Shown: one piece after another, positions 17,118 to 26,001 of the stretch
Layout: every line of letters begins with the position of its first letter
Numbering within the stretch: the first letter of the stretch is position 1
Source: Candidatus Latescibacterota bacterium
GTDB lineage: Bacteria > Latescibacterota > UBA2968 > UBA8231
Length of the DNA: 64,000 nt
Assembly: GCA_965217585.1 (NCBI GenBank)
Contig: OZ244561.1
Span: 3,040,001-3,104,000 of the forward strand
Direction of reading: 5' to 3'
Notes under the pieces: generated by a model
What the model saw: the letters and a program-made list of their open reading frames with translations, nothing else
Database searches by the model: none
Told to the model about the DNA's origin: nothing
Program-made: the position numbers and the translations under genes

Positions 17118-19355
17118 ATGAGCGATACCGATCTTTCATCTCTCGTCATCCGCGCCCAGACCGGCGACCGCGCAGCCTACGACGGCATCGTCCGCCGTTT
17201 CCAGGACATGGCGGTAGGCTACGCCTCTGCGTTGCTGGGCGATTTCCACTTGGCTGAGGATGCGGCTCAGGAGGCCTTTGTCGGGGCCTGGACCGAGTTG
17301 CCGCGCTTGCGGGAACCGGCGGCCTTTCCGGGGTGGTTCAAGCGCATTGTTTTTATGCGCTGTAGCCGCTTTTTGCGCCAACGGCATCCGGCGGCGAGAT
17401 GCGAGATGGAGGAGGTACGGCCGCTGGCGGTGAGGGATCCGGGGGAGGAACTTGAGTCGCGCGACGAGAAGGCCCAGGTCTTGGGTGCGATTGGGCGGCT
17501 GCCCGACCAGGAGCGGATGGCGACGATGCTGTTTTACATTTCGGCCTATTCGCACCAAGAAATCGCCTCGTTTTTGGGCTTGTCTGCGGCGACGGTCAAC
17601 AACCGGTTGCGCTCGGCTCGCAAACACCTACGCAAGGAGATGCTGAAGATGGCTAAACGGGAATTGCAGGGACAGGCCCCTTCGCGCGACGAGCGCTTCG
17701 CGCAGCGGGTCGCGCATCTGCTCCAGCCCGAAGACATGAAGACCGAGCACTACCAATACGGGATCGAGGCCGTGGACGGGCATCCGGCTTGGGCGCTTTT
17801 TTGCGCCAGCGGGGCCGGCGATCTAGCGCGGGTCAGCGCGTTACTCGACCGCGACCCCAAGTTGGTCAATGCCCAGTACTGGTACCAGTTTCCCATTCAC
17901 ATGGCGGTGCGCGAGGGCCATGTCGAGGTGGTCCAGCTATTGTTGCAGGCTGGGGCCGATCCGGGCCAGTCGCGCTATACCTATAATTCGTGGGACAAGC
18001 TACTAGCCATCGCCGAGGAGCGCGACTACGGGGAGGTGCAGGCGCTGTTGGTGGCGGCGATGTGCGAGCGCTTTGGCTACGATCCGGGTTTTGTTGTGCT
18101 GGCCGAGGCGATCAAAGGCCGCGACCGGGCGCGGGTCGAGGCGGTGCTGGCCGAGCATCCCGACTTTATCCGTGCCGCCGACGCGCTGGGCAACGGGCCG
18201 CTGCACTGGGCGGCGCTGACGCGGCAAAACGACTTGGTGGATTTCTTTGTCGCACGGGGTGCCGACCTCGAAGCCCGCCGCGCCGATGGCCAGACTCCGC
18301 TACTGGTCTCGCTCAACGGCGACTACTGGTTTCGGACGCGTGATCTGTCGGCGGAAGCGCCGCAAGATCCGTGGATCGTCACCCGCCACTTGCTCGCTTG
18401 CGGTGCGGAGTACGCTCTCAGCATCGCCTGTGCGGCCGGCGATGAAGACCGCGTCGATGCGGTACTGGCGGCCAATCCGGCCCAAGCCCGTACTCTCGAT
18501 GCTGGATGTCCGCTGTCCTATGCCGCTGGCAACGGTCATACCCGAATCGTCGAAAAACTGCTGGATTGGGGTGCCGACCCCAATCAGTCCGAAGAAAATG
18601 CGCCGCGCGGCGGAGCGCTCTTCGGCGCTTGCGCGGGCAACCACTTGGAGACGGCGAAACTGCTGCTGGAACGCGGTGCCGATCCCAACGCCGGGGTGGA
18701 CTCTTCGGGCTCGTGCTTGACCATTGTCGAGGTCAGGCACGGCAAGAAAGGCCAACAAATGCAGGCGCTGTTGCGCGAACACGGTGCCGTGATGCCGCCC
18801 TTTGCCATGGACGACGCGGCGCTGGAACGGGCGATGCGCGAAGGAGAGGTCGTCGTTGCACACCCACAATTTTTGCACGAGTTGATGGGAAGGGACAATC
18901 CTGCGCTCATTGGCGTCTTCTTGGCAACCACGCCGAATGTAGACGACCTGTTCCAACTGACCGACATCTGGGGCGGCAACTACCCTTCGGATCCCGATAC
19001 AATCCGCACCTTGGCCGACCGCGGCCTCGACCTACACCGCGCCAACTGGATCGGCCGCACCTTTCTGCACGGCTGTGCGGAAAAGGGCGATGTGGCGGCG
19101 GCTCGCGTCTTTTTGGAATTGGGAGCCGATATAGAGGCGATCGAGTTGGAATACGGGGGGACGCCTTTGGCCACTGCGGCGCGCAAGGGGCAGGCGGAGA
19201 TGGTGCGGTTTCTATTGCAACAAGGTGCCGATCCAGCCGTGCCGGCCGAATCGCCTTGGGCGCAGCCGCTTTATTGGGCGGAGAAGGAGGGACATGGGGA
19301 AGTGGCGGTGTTGCTCAAAGAGTGGTTCGACGGGAAAGGCGCTGGCGGCGGTTAG
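17118..19355 (+). CDS. ECF sigma-70 factor with C-terminal ankyrin-repeat extension
   Basis: sigma2 AEDAAQEAF..FPGWFKRI; sigma4 YSHQEIASFLGLSAATVNNRLRSAR; ankyrin motifs PIHMAVREGH, GPLHWAA, GTPLATAARKG. Confidence 0.9.
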   Translation: MSDTDLSSLVIRAQTGDRAAYDGIVRRFQDMAVGYASALLGDFHLAEDAAQEAFVGAWTELPRLREPAAFPGWFKRIVFMRCSRFLRQRHPAARCEMEEVRPLAVRDPGEELESRDEKAQVLGAIGRLPDQERMATMLFYISAYSHQEIASFLGLSAATVNNRLRSARKHLRKEMLKMAKRELQGQAPSRDERFAQRVAHLLQPEDMKTEHYQYGIEAVDGHPAWALFCASGAGDLARVSALLDRDPKLVNAQYWYQFPIHMAVREGHVEVVQLLLQAGADPGQSRYTYNSWDKLLAIAEERDYGEVQALLVAAMCERFGYDPGFVVLAEAIKGRDRARVEAVLAEHPDFIRAADALGNGPLHWAALTRQNDLVDFFVARGADLEARRADGQTPLLVSLNGDYWFRTRDLSAEAPQDPWIVTRHLLACGAEYALSIACAAGDEDRVDAVLAANPAQARTLDAGCPLSYAAGNGHTRIVEKLLDWGADPNQSEENAPRGGALFGACAGNHLETAKLLLERGADPNAGVDSSGSCLTIVEVRHGKKGQQMQALLREHGAVMPPFAMDDAALERAMREGEVVVAHPQFLHELMGRDNPALIGVFLATTPNVDDLFQLTDIWGGNYPSDPDTIRTLADRGLDLHRANWIGRTFLHGCAEKGDVAAARVFLELGADIEAIELEYGGTPLATAARKGQAEMVRFLLQQGADPAVPAESPWAQPLYWAEKEGHGEVAVLLKEWFDGKGAGGG

Positions 19356-20035
19356 AGCGTTATCGTCCACCAGTGGTATTCTCCCTTTAATGCAGCTTGG
19401 TCGAGCAAGGTAGCGTCTATACGGGACGGGTCGGTGATTAGGGCACCGCTGGGGCCACGACCCTCCCGGGCGCAGTAAGCGTGGGCTTGTTGCACGGCAC
19501 GGTGCTGAATTTCCGCACTAGCGTCGGCAAGCCCTTCGAGCCACACGCCGCGATAAGTGATGGTGTCAACCGGCAGCAGACGGACGGGGTCGGTCTTGCC
19601 GTTGGCGGCACTTGCTTGCGGTGGCCAGATATAGAGGCTGTGTGGGCGCTGGTCGGTTGCATAGCCGCAGTGGGTAAAGCAGCGCTGGCTCGGCGCGTTA
19701 TCGGCGCGGATGAGTGCGCGCGATAGGTGAAATCCACGGCGGCGGGCTGTTGTCCAAGTTGATTCGATCAAGTACCGACCGTGGCCGCGGCCTTGGCTTT
19801 GTGGACGGACGGCAAGGCTGTCGACAAACCAGGGGTTGTCCGCTGCGCCGTCTAGGGCGAAGGCGGAGACAAAGCCAGCGACTTCGTTTCCTTCTACAGC
19901 GACGTGGAGGTCAATGGTGGGGGCGGCAATCTGGCGGAGGCAAACTTCCGGTTCGATCTGCTCCGCGAAGGCTGCCTTGCAGACTTGGGCGATGCCGGGG
20001 ATATCGCTTGCGATAGCGGGGCGGATAGTACGCAT
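19352..20035 (-). CDS. GNAT family N-acetyltransferase
   Basis: LAVRPQSQGRGHG motif A; NAPSQRCF; likely start MRTIRPA. Confidence 0.85.
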   Translation of the reverse strand: MRTIRPAIASDIPGIAQVCKAAFAEQIEPEVCLRQIAAPTIDLHVAVEGNEVAGFVSAFALDGAADNPWFVDSLAVRPQSQGRGHGRYLIESTWTTARRRGFHLSRALIRADNAPSQRCFTHCGYATDQRPHSLYIWPPQASAANGKTDPVRLLPVDTITYRGVWLEGLADASAEIQHRAVQQAHAYCAREGRGPSGALITDPSRIDATLLDQAALKGEYHWWTITL

Positions 20036-20183
20036 TAGAAGGTGGCGAAGTTCCCGAAGACGGGAATACACTGGCCGGAGAAGTGGATGATGGAGGTGAG
20101 GTGGATGCCCATGGTGTATTTGTAGTCTTTGCCGCTGCTGTGTGCAAGGGGCCGCTCGCATGTCATCGCTGATAGCGAATATA

Positions 20184-20212
20184 TTGACATTTCGTTATCT
20201 AATGGATATGGT
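20184..20212 (+). promoter_or_regulatory. putative promoter of a former TA operon
   Basis: TTGACA-17 bp-TATGGT; inverted repeat TCGCT-GAT-AGCGA at 20166-20178. Confidence 0.5.
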
Positions 20213-20218
20213 TGTCGC

Positions 20219-20302
20219 ATGTTCACGGTGATGATTGCCAAGGAAGTAAGGCGGCGGCCCCGCACGATGCCAAACAACGTGGAGAAGCATACCGATGACT
20301 AG
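20219..20302 (+). pseudogene. N-terminal remnant of a RelE/ParE-like toxin
   Basis: MFTVMIAKEVRRRPRTMPNNV.. resembles RelE N-termini; lies between promoter and antitoxin. Confidence 0.55.
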
Positions 20303-20663
20303 TGCCCCTCAGATCGTCGTCTTGGCCGGCGAGGAATATGCTATCGTCCCTCGCGCCGAATACGATGCACTGCGCACCGCCGTTGACGAAGACGCTATGG
20401 ATGCCGCCATCATCCAGCGCGTTCTCGATGACCCCGATCAGGAACTCGTGCCCCTCGAACTCACCAAGCGCATCGCCGACGGAGAACATCCGGTCCGGGT
20501 GTGGCGCGAGTATCGCGGCATGAAGGCCAGCGAACTGGCCGCTGCCGCCAATATCGCGGCCTCTTATTTGTCCGATATTGAGCACGGGAAGAAGCCTGGA
20601 TCGCTCAAAGCAATGAAGCGCATCGCGACGACGCTCAACCTCACAGTGGACGATTTGATTTAG
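20295..20663 (+). CDS. XRE-family HTH antitoxin-like protein (orphan)
   Basis: EYAIVPRAEYDAL...HPVRVWREYRGM..SYLSDIEHGKKPGS. Confidence 0.85.
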   Translation: MTSAPQIVVLAGEEYAIVPRAEYDALRTAVDEDAMDAAIIQRVLDDPDQELVPLELTKRIADGEHPVRVWREYRGMKASELAAAANIAASYLSDIEHGKKPGSLKAMKRIATTLNLTVDDLI

Positions 20664-20698
20664 TTTCAATCCGCTCCCCCGCCGAAACGAGGAGAGAC
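20663..20698 (-). CRISPR. solitary CRISPR-like repeat (no array, no cas genes in window)
   Basis: GTCTCTCCTCGTTTCGGCGGGGGAGCGGATTGAAAC: 36 nt, internal hairpin, 3' ATTGAAAC typical of class 1 repeats. Confidence 0.5.
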
Positions 20699-20778
20699 TC
20701 GCAACTGGAGCTGCCAGAACATGATTGCTCTTCTATGTTGGCAGCGCAGGCAACTCCGGCACTTGGACTACCGGCCTC

Positions 20779-21732
20779 CTATTGATGCGCCCGGTTAATC
20801 AGCACTGCACTCAGAATCAACGCCCCCCGCACCACGAGTTGCCAGTACTCGCTGATGTTCATCAGCGTCATGCCGTTGACCAAAATACCCAAGAACACAA
20901 CGCCGATCAGGGTGCCGCGTATCTGACCCTCGCCGCCCATCAAGCTGGTGCCGCCGATGATGACCGCGGCGATCACGTCCAGCTCCCACCCCTTGGCCGT
21001 CGTCGCTGCGCCGGACATGATCTCGGCCGACTGCATGATGCCGGCCAGCGCGGCCAAAAAGGCGACAATTGCCATGACGGCGATCTTGATTTTGCCGACC
21101 TCAATGCCGCTGAGCCGCGCGGCCTCGGCATTGCCGCCCACCGCGTAGATCGAGCGCCCCAGCGTGGTGTAGCCCATCAGGAAATGGGTCGTCACAAAGA
21201 CCAGTGCGAAAATTAGTGCCGGAAAGGGCACCCCGAGGAGATAACCGCCGCCCAGAAAATTGTACCACTCGGGAAAGGGCGTCAGTGGAAATCCCCCGGT
21301 GATGAGTTGCGCCGATCCAGTCAAGACCGTCATCCAAGCCAGGGTGATGATAAAGGTCGGCACCCCGAAGCGCACGCGGATAAACCCGCTCAGGGCACCG
21401 ATACTTAGACCGACTAGCAAGGCTGCTAGCATGGCCCCGGGGACCGCTAGCTCTACCGCCAGCCCAGTCCCGGCCAAGTGCTGAGTCAAATAGGCGGTCA
21501 GGCAGCCGGCAAAAGCCACCGCCGATCCCACGCTCAGGTCGATCTCCCCAGAGATGATAACCATCGTCATGCCAAAGGCGATGATGCCCTGCATGGACAC
21601 GTTGCGCAGCACGTTGAGCAGATTGTTCACCGAGAAAAACCCTTCGGCCTCAAACGCCAAGATCGCGCAGAGGACGAAGAGGATGATCTCCATAATCGAG
21701 CGCTTCACCCACGCCAAAAGCCGTTCACGCAT
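20779..21732 (-). CDS. sugar ABC transporter permease (RbsC-like)
   Basis: GEIDLSVGS, GRSIYAVGGNAEAARLSG, GGTSLMGG. Confidence 0.92.
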   Translation of the reverse strand: MRERLLAWVKRSIMEIILFVLCAILAFEAEGFFSVNNLLNVLRNVSMQGIIAFGMTMVIISGEIDLSVGSAVAFAGCLTAYLTQHLAGTGLAVELAVPGAMLAALLVGLSIGALSGFIRVRFGVPTFIITLAWMTVLTGSAQLITGGFPLTPFPEWYNFLGGGYLLGVPFPALIFALVFVTTHFLMGYTTLGRSIYAVGGNAEAARLSGIEVGKIKIAVMAIVAFLAALAGIMQSAEIMSGAATTAKGWELDVIAAVIIGGTSLMGGEGQIRGTLIGVVFLGILVNGMTLMNISEYWQLVVRGALILSAVLINRAHQ

Positions 21733-23227
21733 TGCGGCCCGCCCCCATGCAGCGCAGCGCTAGCTCGTCGGCGCTGATTTCCCCGGGCCGCACTTGGCCT
21801 TCAATTCTTCCCTCGCGCATGATTAAGATCCGGTGGCAGACTTCGACCAATTCTTCCAACTCGGTCGATACAAAAAGCGAGGCAATGCCCTGGCGGCTCA
21901 AATCCCACATGGCCTCAAAGATCTGCTGCTTGGCCTGCACATCCACGCCGCGCGTCGGTTCGTCGAAGAGCATGACCCGAGGGCGATTGCCCAGCCAATT
22001 GCCCAACACCACCTTTTGCTGATTCCCGCCACTCAGCGCCGAGACCGGAGCTTCGGTGTCGGCGACCTTGATTTCGAGTTGGGTCACCAAGGAGTCCACC
22101 ACGGCCTGCTCTCCCACGCGGGTGATATATCCTCGATGGGCAATTCGGCCCATGCTCGCCAAGCACATATTGGCGCGGATGCTATGCGCTTGGATCAGGG
22201 CCTCTTCCTTGCGGTTTTCAGGGGTAAAGGCCAAGCCCTGCGCCTTCATTTTCGGGGGGGTCGGTGCTTCTACGCGCTGGCCTTGGACCGCGATTTGTCC
22301 GCGGTCGCAGGCGTCTGCGCCGAAGAGGGCGCGCAGCAGTTCGGTGCGTCCCGCGCCCAGCATTCCGGCAATGCCGAGGATTTCGCCTTCGTAGAGCGCG
22401 AAACTCACATCGGCGAAGGCGTCCCCGCGCGACAAGCCCTGCACCTCCAGCACCGGAGTTGCACCCGGTCGCAAATCATCCGGCCGCTCCTGCTGCGCGA
22501 TCTCGCCAAACATCATTTGCACGATCTTTGCGACGCTCGTCTCCCGCATCGCCACCGTGCCGATGTGATGCCCGTCGCGCAGCACCGTGACCTGGTCGGC
22601 GATAGAGCGCAATTCCTGTAAGCGGTGAGAGATGTAGATGATTGCCACGCCGGCTGCCGCCAGCCCTTTGACCACGCGGAAGAGCTGGGCGGTCTCGTGC
22701 GTCGCCAGTGCCGAGGTCGGCTCGTCGAGGATGAGCACGGCCGGGTCAAAGGACATGGCCTTGGCGATCTCGACGATCTGCTGCTGCGCTACCCCTAAAT
22801 CGCCAGCGCGCGCCCGGACATCAATGGCGACTCCCAGCCGCGCGAGCACATCCTCGGCCCGGGTGTAGGTTGCCGCCCAGTCGATGAGTCCGCGCCGTTT
22901 CGGCGTCCGGCCGAGCAGGATATTCTCGGCCACGGTCAACCCTGGCACCAAGCTCAGCTCCTGATAGACCATGGCGATGCCGCAGTCAAAGGCGTCCTGC
23001 GGCGAGCGCAGCGCGACCGGTGCCCCATCGCAGAGGATGCGCCCCCTGCTTGGGGCGACCGATCCGGCTAGGATCTTGACCAGCGTGCTTTTGCCAGCGC
23101 CGTTTTTGCCGATCAGCGCGTGGACCTCGCCGGGGGCAAACCCCACCGAAACCCCGTCGAGCGCCACGGTCCCCGGGTAGTCCTTGCCTAGGTCTTCAAC
23201 TGCTAGTTTGAAAGGGAGTTGGCTCAC
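21725..23227 (-). CDS. sugar ABC transporter ATP-binding protein (RbsA-like, tandem NBD)
   Basis: GKNGAGKS, DEPT twice, LSGGNQQK. Confidence 0.93.
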   Translation of the reverse strand: MSQLPFKLAVEDLGKDYPGTVALDGVSVGFAPGEVHALIGKNGAGKSTLVKILAGSVAPSRGRILCDGAPVALRSPQDAFDCGIAMVYQELSLVPGLTVAENILLGRTPKRRGLIDWAATYTRAEDVLARLGVAIDVRARAGDLGVAQQQIVEIAKAMSFDPAVLILDEPTSALATHETAQLFRVVKGLAAAGVAIIYISHRLQELRSIADQVTVLRDGHHIGTVAMRETSVAKIVQMMFGEIAQQERPDDLRPGATPVLEVQGLSRGDAFADVSFALYEGEILGIAGMLGAGRTELLRALFGADACDRGQIAVQGQRVEAPTPPKMKAQGLAFTPENRKEEALIQAHSIRANMCLASMGRIAHRGYITRVGEQAVVDSLVTQLEIKVADTEAPVSALSGGNQQKVVLGNWLGNRPRVMLFDEPTRGVDVQAKQQIFEAMWDLSRQGIASLFVSTELEELVEVCHRILIMREGRIEGQVRPGEISADELALRCMGAGRNA

Positions 23228-24213
23228 TGGTTACCGCGGGCGATCAAGTCCGCGAGCCGCGTACCAAAAGCCCGCACGCCCGCCGAGTCTTGGTGCGCCA
23301 ACAGCACCCCATCCATCACCACCTTGGTCGCGACCTCTTGCCCCTTGAGTGCCTCGACGGTCAGCTCGATGGCCTTTGCGCCCAGTTCAAAAGGGGTCTG
23401 GGTGGTGAGAGCCTGCAATATGCCGTCATCGGCGAGCATGAACTCGACGAGCTGCTGGCTGGCATCGGTGCCAAAGACGGCTACCTGCCCTTCGCGGCCG
23501 GCGTTTTTGACTGCCATCACCGACCCGACGGTGCCGCCTTCGTTGGCCGACCAGAGGATGTCAATTTCTGGATGGGCCGTGAGAATGTCCCCGGCCTTCT
23601 TAAGCGCCATTTCCGGCAGCCAAGCGTCCTGCTCGGCGACGAATTCCACGCCCGGCAACTGCCCAACCACTTCGACGAACCCATTCCGGCGCGCGTCGCT
23701 CTGCTCGGCGAGCTGCGACTTGAAGGCGAGAGTCGCAATTTTGGCCCGGCCCCCTAGCTGCTCTTCGATATAGCGCCGCGCTACAAGCCCGGTCTGTCGG
23801 CCCAAATCCCCTTGGTCGCTCTCGATATAGGCGGCGGGAATATCCCCTTCCACCGTCGAATTGTACGTCACCACCATGATCCCAGCGTCCTTGGCTCGCT
23901 GCAATGCAGTGGCTGAAGCTTTGGCGCTCAGCGGTGAGATCACAATGGCATCGACGCCGCGCGCGATATAGGTGTTGACTAGCTGAATCTCCTTGTCCGG
24001 CTTATTCGCACTATTGGCCAGCAGCAGTTCGACGCCCGCTTTGTCGGCCGCGTCCTGCATGCCAAACTGGATCAGGCGGAAGAACTGGTCCTCCTGAAAG
24101 ACGATCCCGGCGATCTTGAGTTTTTTCTCTGCCGGCGGTTCTTGCTGATCGCCGCAGCTTAGGGCGACCAGCCCCAAAACGACTGCGACGCAGCGCAACA
24201 TTTGCAATTTCAT
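23224..24213 (-). CDS. sugar ABC substrate-binding lipoprotein (RbsB-like)
   Basis: Lipobox ALSC; GVDAIVISP; periplasmic-binding-protein-like pattern. Confidence 0.9.
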   Translation of the reverse strand: MKLQMLRCVAVVLGLVALSCGDQQEPPAEKKLKIAGIVFQEDQFFRLIQFGMQDAADKAGVELLLANSANKPDKEIQLVNTYIARGVDAIVISPLSAKASATALQRAKDAGIMVVTYNSTVEGDIPAAYIESDQGDLGRQTGLVARRYIEEQLGGRAKIATLAFKSQLAEQSDARRNGFVEVVGQLPGVEFVAEQDAWLPEMALKKAGDILTAHPEIDILWSANEGGTVGSVMAVKNAGREGQVAVFGTDASQQLVEFMLADDGILQALTTQTPFELGAKAIELTVEALKGQEVATKVVMDGVLLAHQDSAGVRAFGTRLADLIARGNQ

Positions 24214-24231
24214 GTGTGCTCTCCTCGCGCG

Positions 24232-26001
24232 TTACCCTTGTACCGGCTGCAAATTGAGCAACACTAACAGCCACACCCGGTGCCAATACGCGCTGTTGAT
24301 GTACGGGCTGTATTCCGAAGGCCAGTTGCGCCAGTAGGTCTGGTTGTGGGGAATGCGGTGATACCACTGCAAGAGCGGGAGCGACGGCAGTTCGGCGAGC
24401 CAGATTTGCATGGCTTGGCGGTACAATTGCACTAGCTGCGGATCGCGCGGCGCGATTGCCGCCATTTGATCGACGATCCGGTCGAATTCCTCGTTCTGCC
24501 AGCGCCAGAAGTACTCGGCGGGCTGGCCGGTTGGCTGCACGAAGCGGCTGTGGTAGAGCCGCAGCGTAAAGTACGGGTCGCGCACGCTGCCGCCGTGCCC
24601 ATTGATAAAGGCGCGGGCCGTGCCGTGCGACATGCGGGTATAGGTATCCGGGGTGTTGCGGAAGTCCGCGTCAAAACCCGCTTTCTCTAGCTGCGCGACT
24701 AGGACCGGCGTGATGTCTTGGAAGATCGAGGAGATGTCGATGACCATCTTAAATGGCTTGCCGTCCTTAGTCCAATAGCCTCCTGCGGGCCGCTGCCAGC
24801 CCATGCTCTGCATCAGGGCTGCGCTCTTGGCCAAATCAAAGACCCCGACCTCGTGTTGCTCTAGCAAATCTTCGACCTCGCTGAAGTAAGGCCGGAGCGC
24901 AGGATATGCGGGAAAGGGCAGGAGCGTCGAGGTGCCCGCTCCCTGCCAGCCGATCTCTACGAGTTGGGCGCGGTTGATGGCGTAGTTGATCGCGCGGCGC
25001 ACGCCCACGTCTGAGAAGGGGGTCTCGAGGTTGTTAAAGCCCAGCGAAATGGGCCAGAAATCCACATAGCCGTACGGCGGCTCCCGCCCGGTCCAAGTCG
25101 TAACGCGGGGGTTGCGGTCGAGTACGGTCAGGATGTTGGGCGGCCGGAGGTCTAGGCAGGTATCCATGTGGTTGGTGATTAGGTTCTGGACGCGCTTGGC
25201 TTCCTCCATGTAAGGCAGGTAAATGATGCGCTCGACTTTGGGTAGGGATTGGAACCCGCTGGTGGCGGCCCACCAATCCGGCCGCAAGTCCCACATGCGC
25301 TGCTGCGGCGTGGAGAGCACCAGCTTGTACGGCCCGGAGAACACGGGCCAGCCTTTTTGCGGATCAAAGTTTGTAAAGGTGTCTGGCGACTGCCCTTCCC
25401 ACACGTGCTTGGGCACGATCGGCACTCCATTGCCAAAGTTGTGGGTGAAGTACGAAAAGACAAAGCGCGGATTGGGCGCGGTCAGCGCGATGCGCGCCGT
25501 CAGGCTATCGACGGCCACGGCCTCTTGGACCCAATTTTGCATGTCGGTTGAATAGGACAAAAGGGGCGCGTGGTCCCGGAGCATGTTGATTGTAAAGACC
25601 AGATCGTGCGCCGTCCACGGCATGCCGTCGCTCCACTGGACCCCCGGGCGAATGGCGATTTCTACTTCGGTATAGGCGTCGTTGAAGTGGTGCTCCGTGG
25701 CGATCCAGGGAATCAGCTTGCCCTTGAAGGCATTGTAAAAGTACAGCGGCTCGAAAACGAAATTGTACCCGGTGCGCGAAGTGGTCTCCGGCAGGTAGGG
25801 GTTGAACGAATTGTAGTCTTGGATCTGCCCGGCACAGGTGCCGCTTGCGGCGCAATCCATAATCAAGGTGCGATTCCGCGGGACCTGTATAAGCGCCGAT
25901 TCCGCGACGTTCGCGGGCTGGCCGGCCGCTTGGTCAGAGGGGGTGTCGCCGCAGCCGCTGAGCAGCCACGCGCTGAGCAATATGCAAATGCTGCGTCTCA
26001 T
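24232..26001 (-). CDS. family-5 ABC substrate-binding lipoprotein
   Basis: Lipobox LSGC; IRPGVQWSDGMPWTAHDLVFT; VRRAINYAINR. Confidence 0.9.
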   Translation of the reverse strand: MRRSICILLSAWLLSGCGDTPSDQAAGQPANVAESALIQVPRNRTLIMDCAASGTCAGQIQDYNSFNPYLPETTSRTGYNFVFEPLYFYNAFKGKLIPWIATEHHFNDAYTEVEIAIRPGVQWSDGMPWTAHDLVFTINMLRDHAPLLSYSTDMQNWVQEAVAVDSLTARIALTAPNPRFVFSYFTHNFGNGVPIVPKHVWEGQSPDTFTNFDPQKGWPVFSGPYKLVLSTPQQRMWDLRPDWWAATSGFQSLPKVERIIYLPYMEEAKRVQNLITNHMDTCLDLRPPNILTVLDRNPRVTTWTGREPPYGYVDFWPISLGFNNLETPFSDVGVRRAINYAINRAQLVEIGWQGAGTSTLLPFPAYPALRPYFSEVEDLLEQHEVGVFDLAKSAALMQSMGWQRPAGGYWTKDGKPFKMVIDISSIFQDITPVLVAQLEKAGFDADFRNTPDTYTRMSHGTARAFINGHGGSVRDPYFTLRLYHSRFVQPTGQPAEYFWRWQNEEFDRIVDQMAAIAPRDPQLVQLYRQAMQIWLAELPSLPLLQWYHRIPHNQTYWRNWPSEYSPYINSAYWHRVWLLVLLNLQPVQG

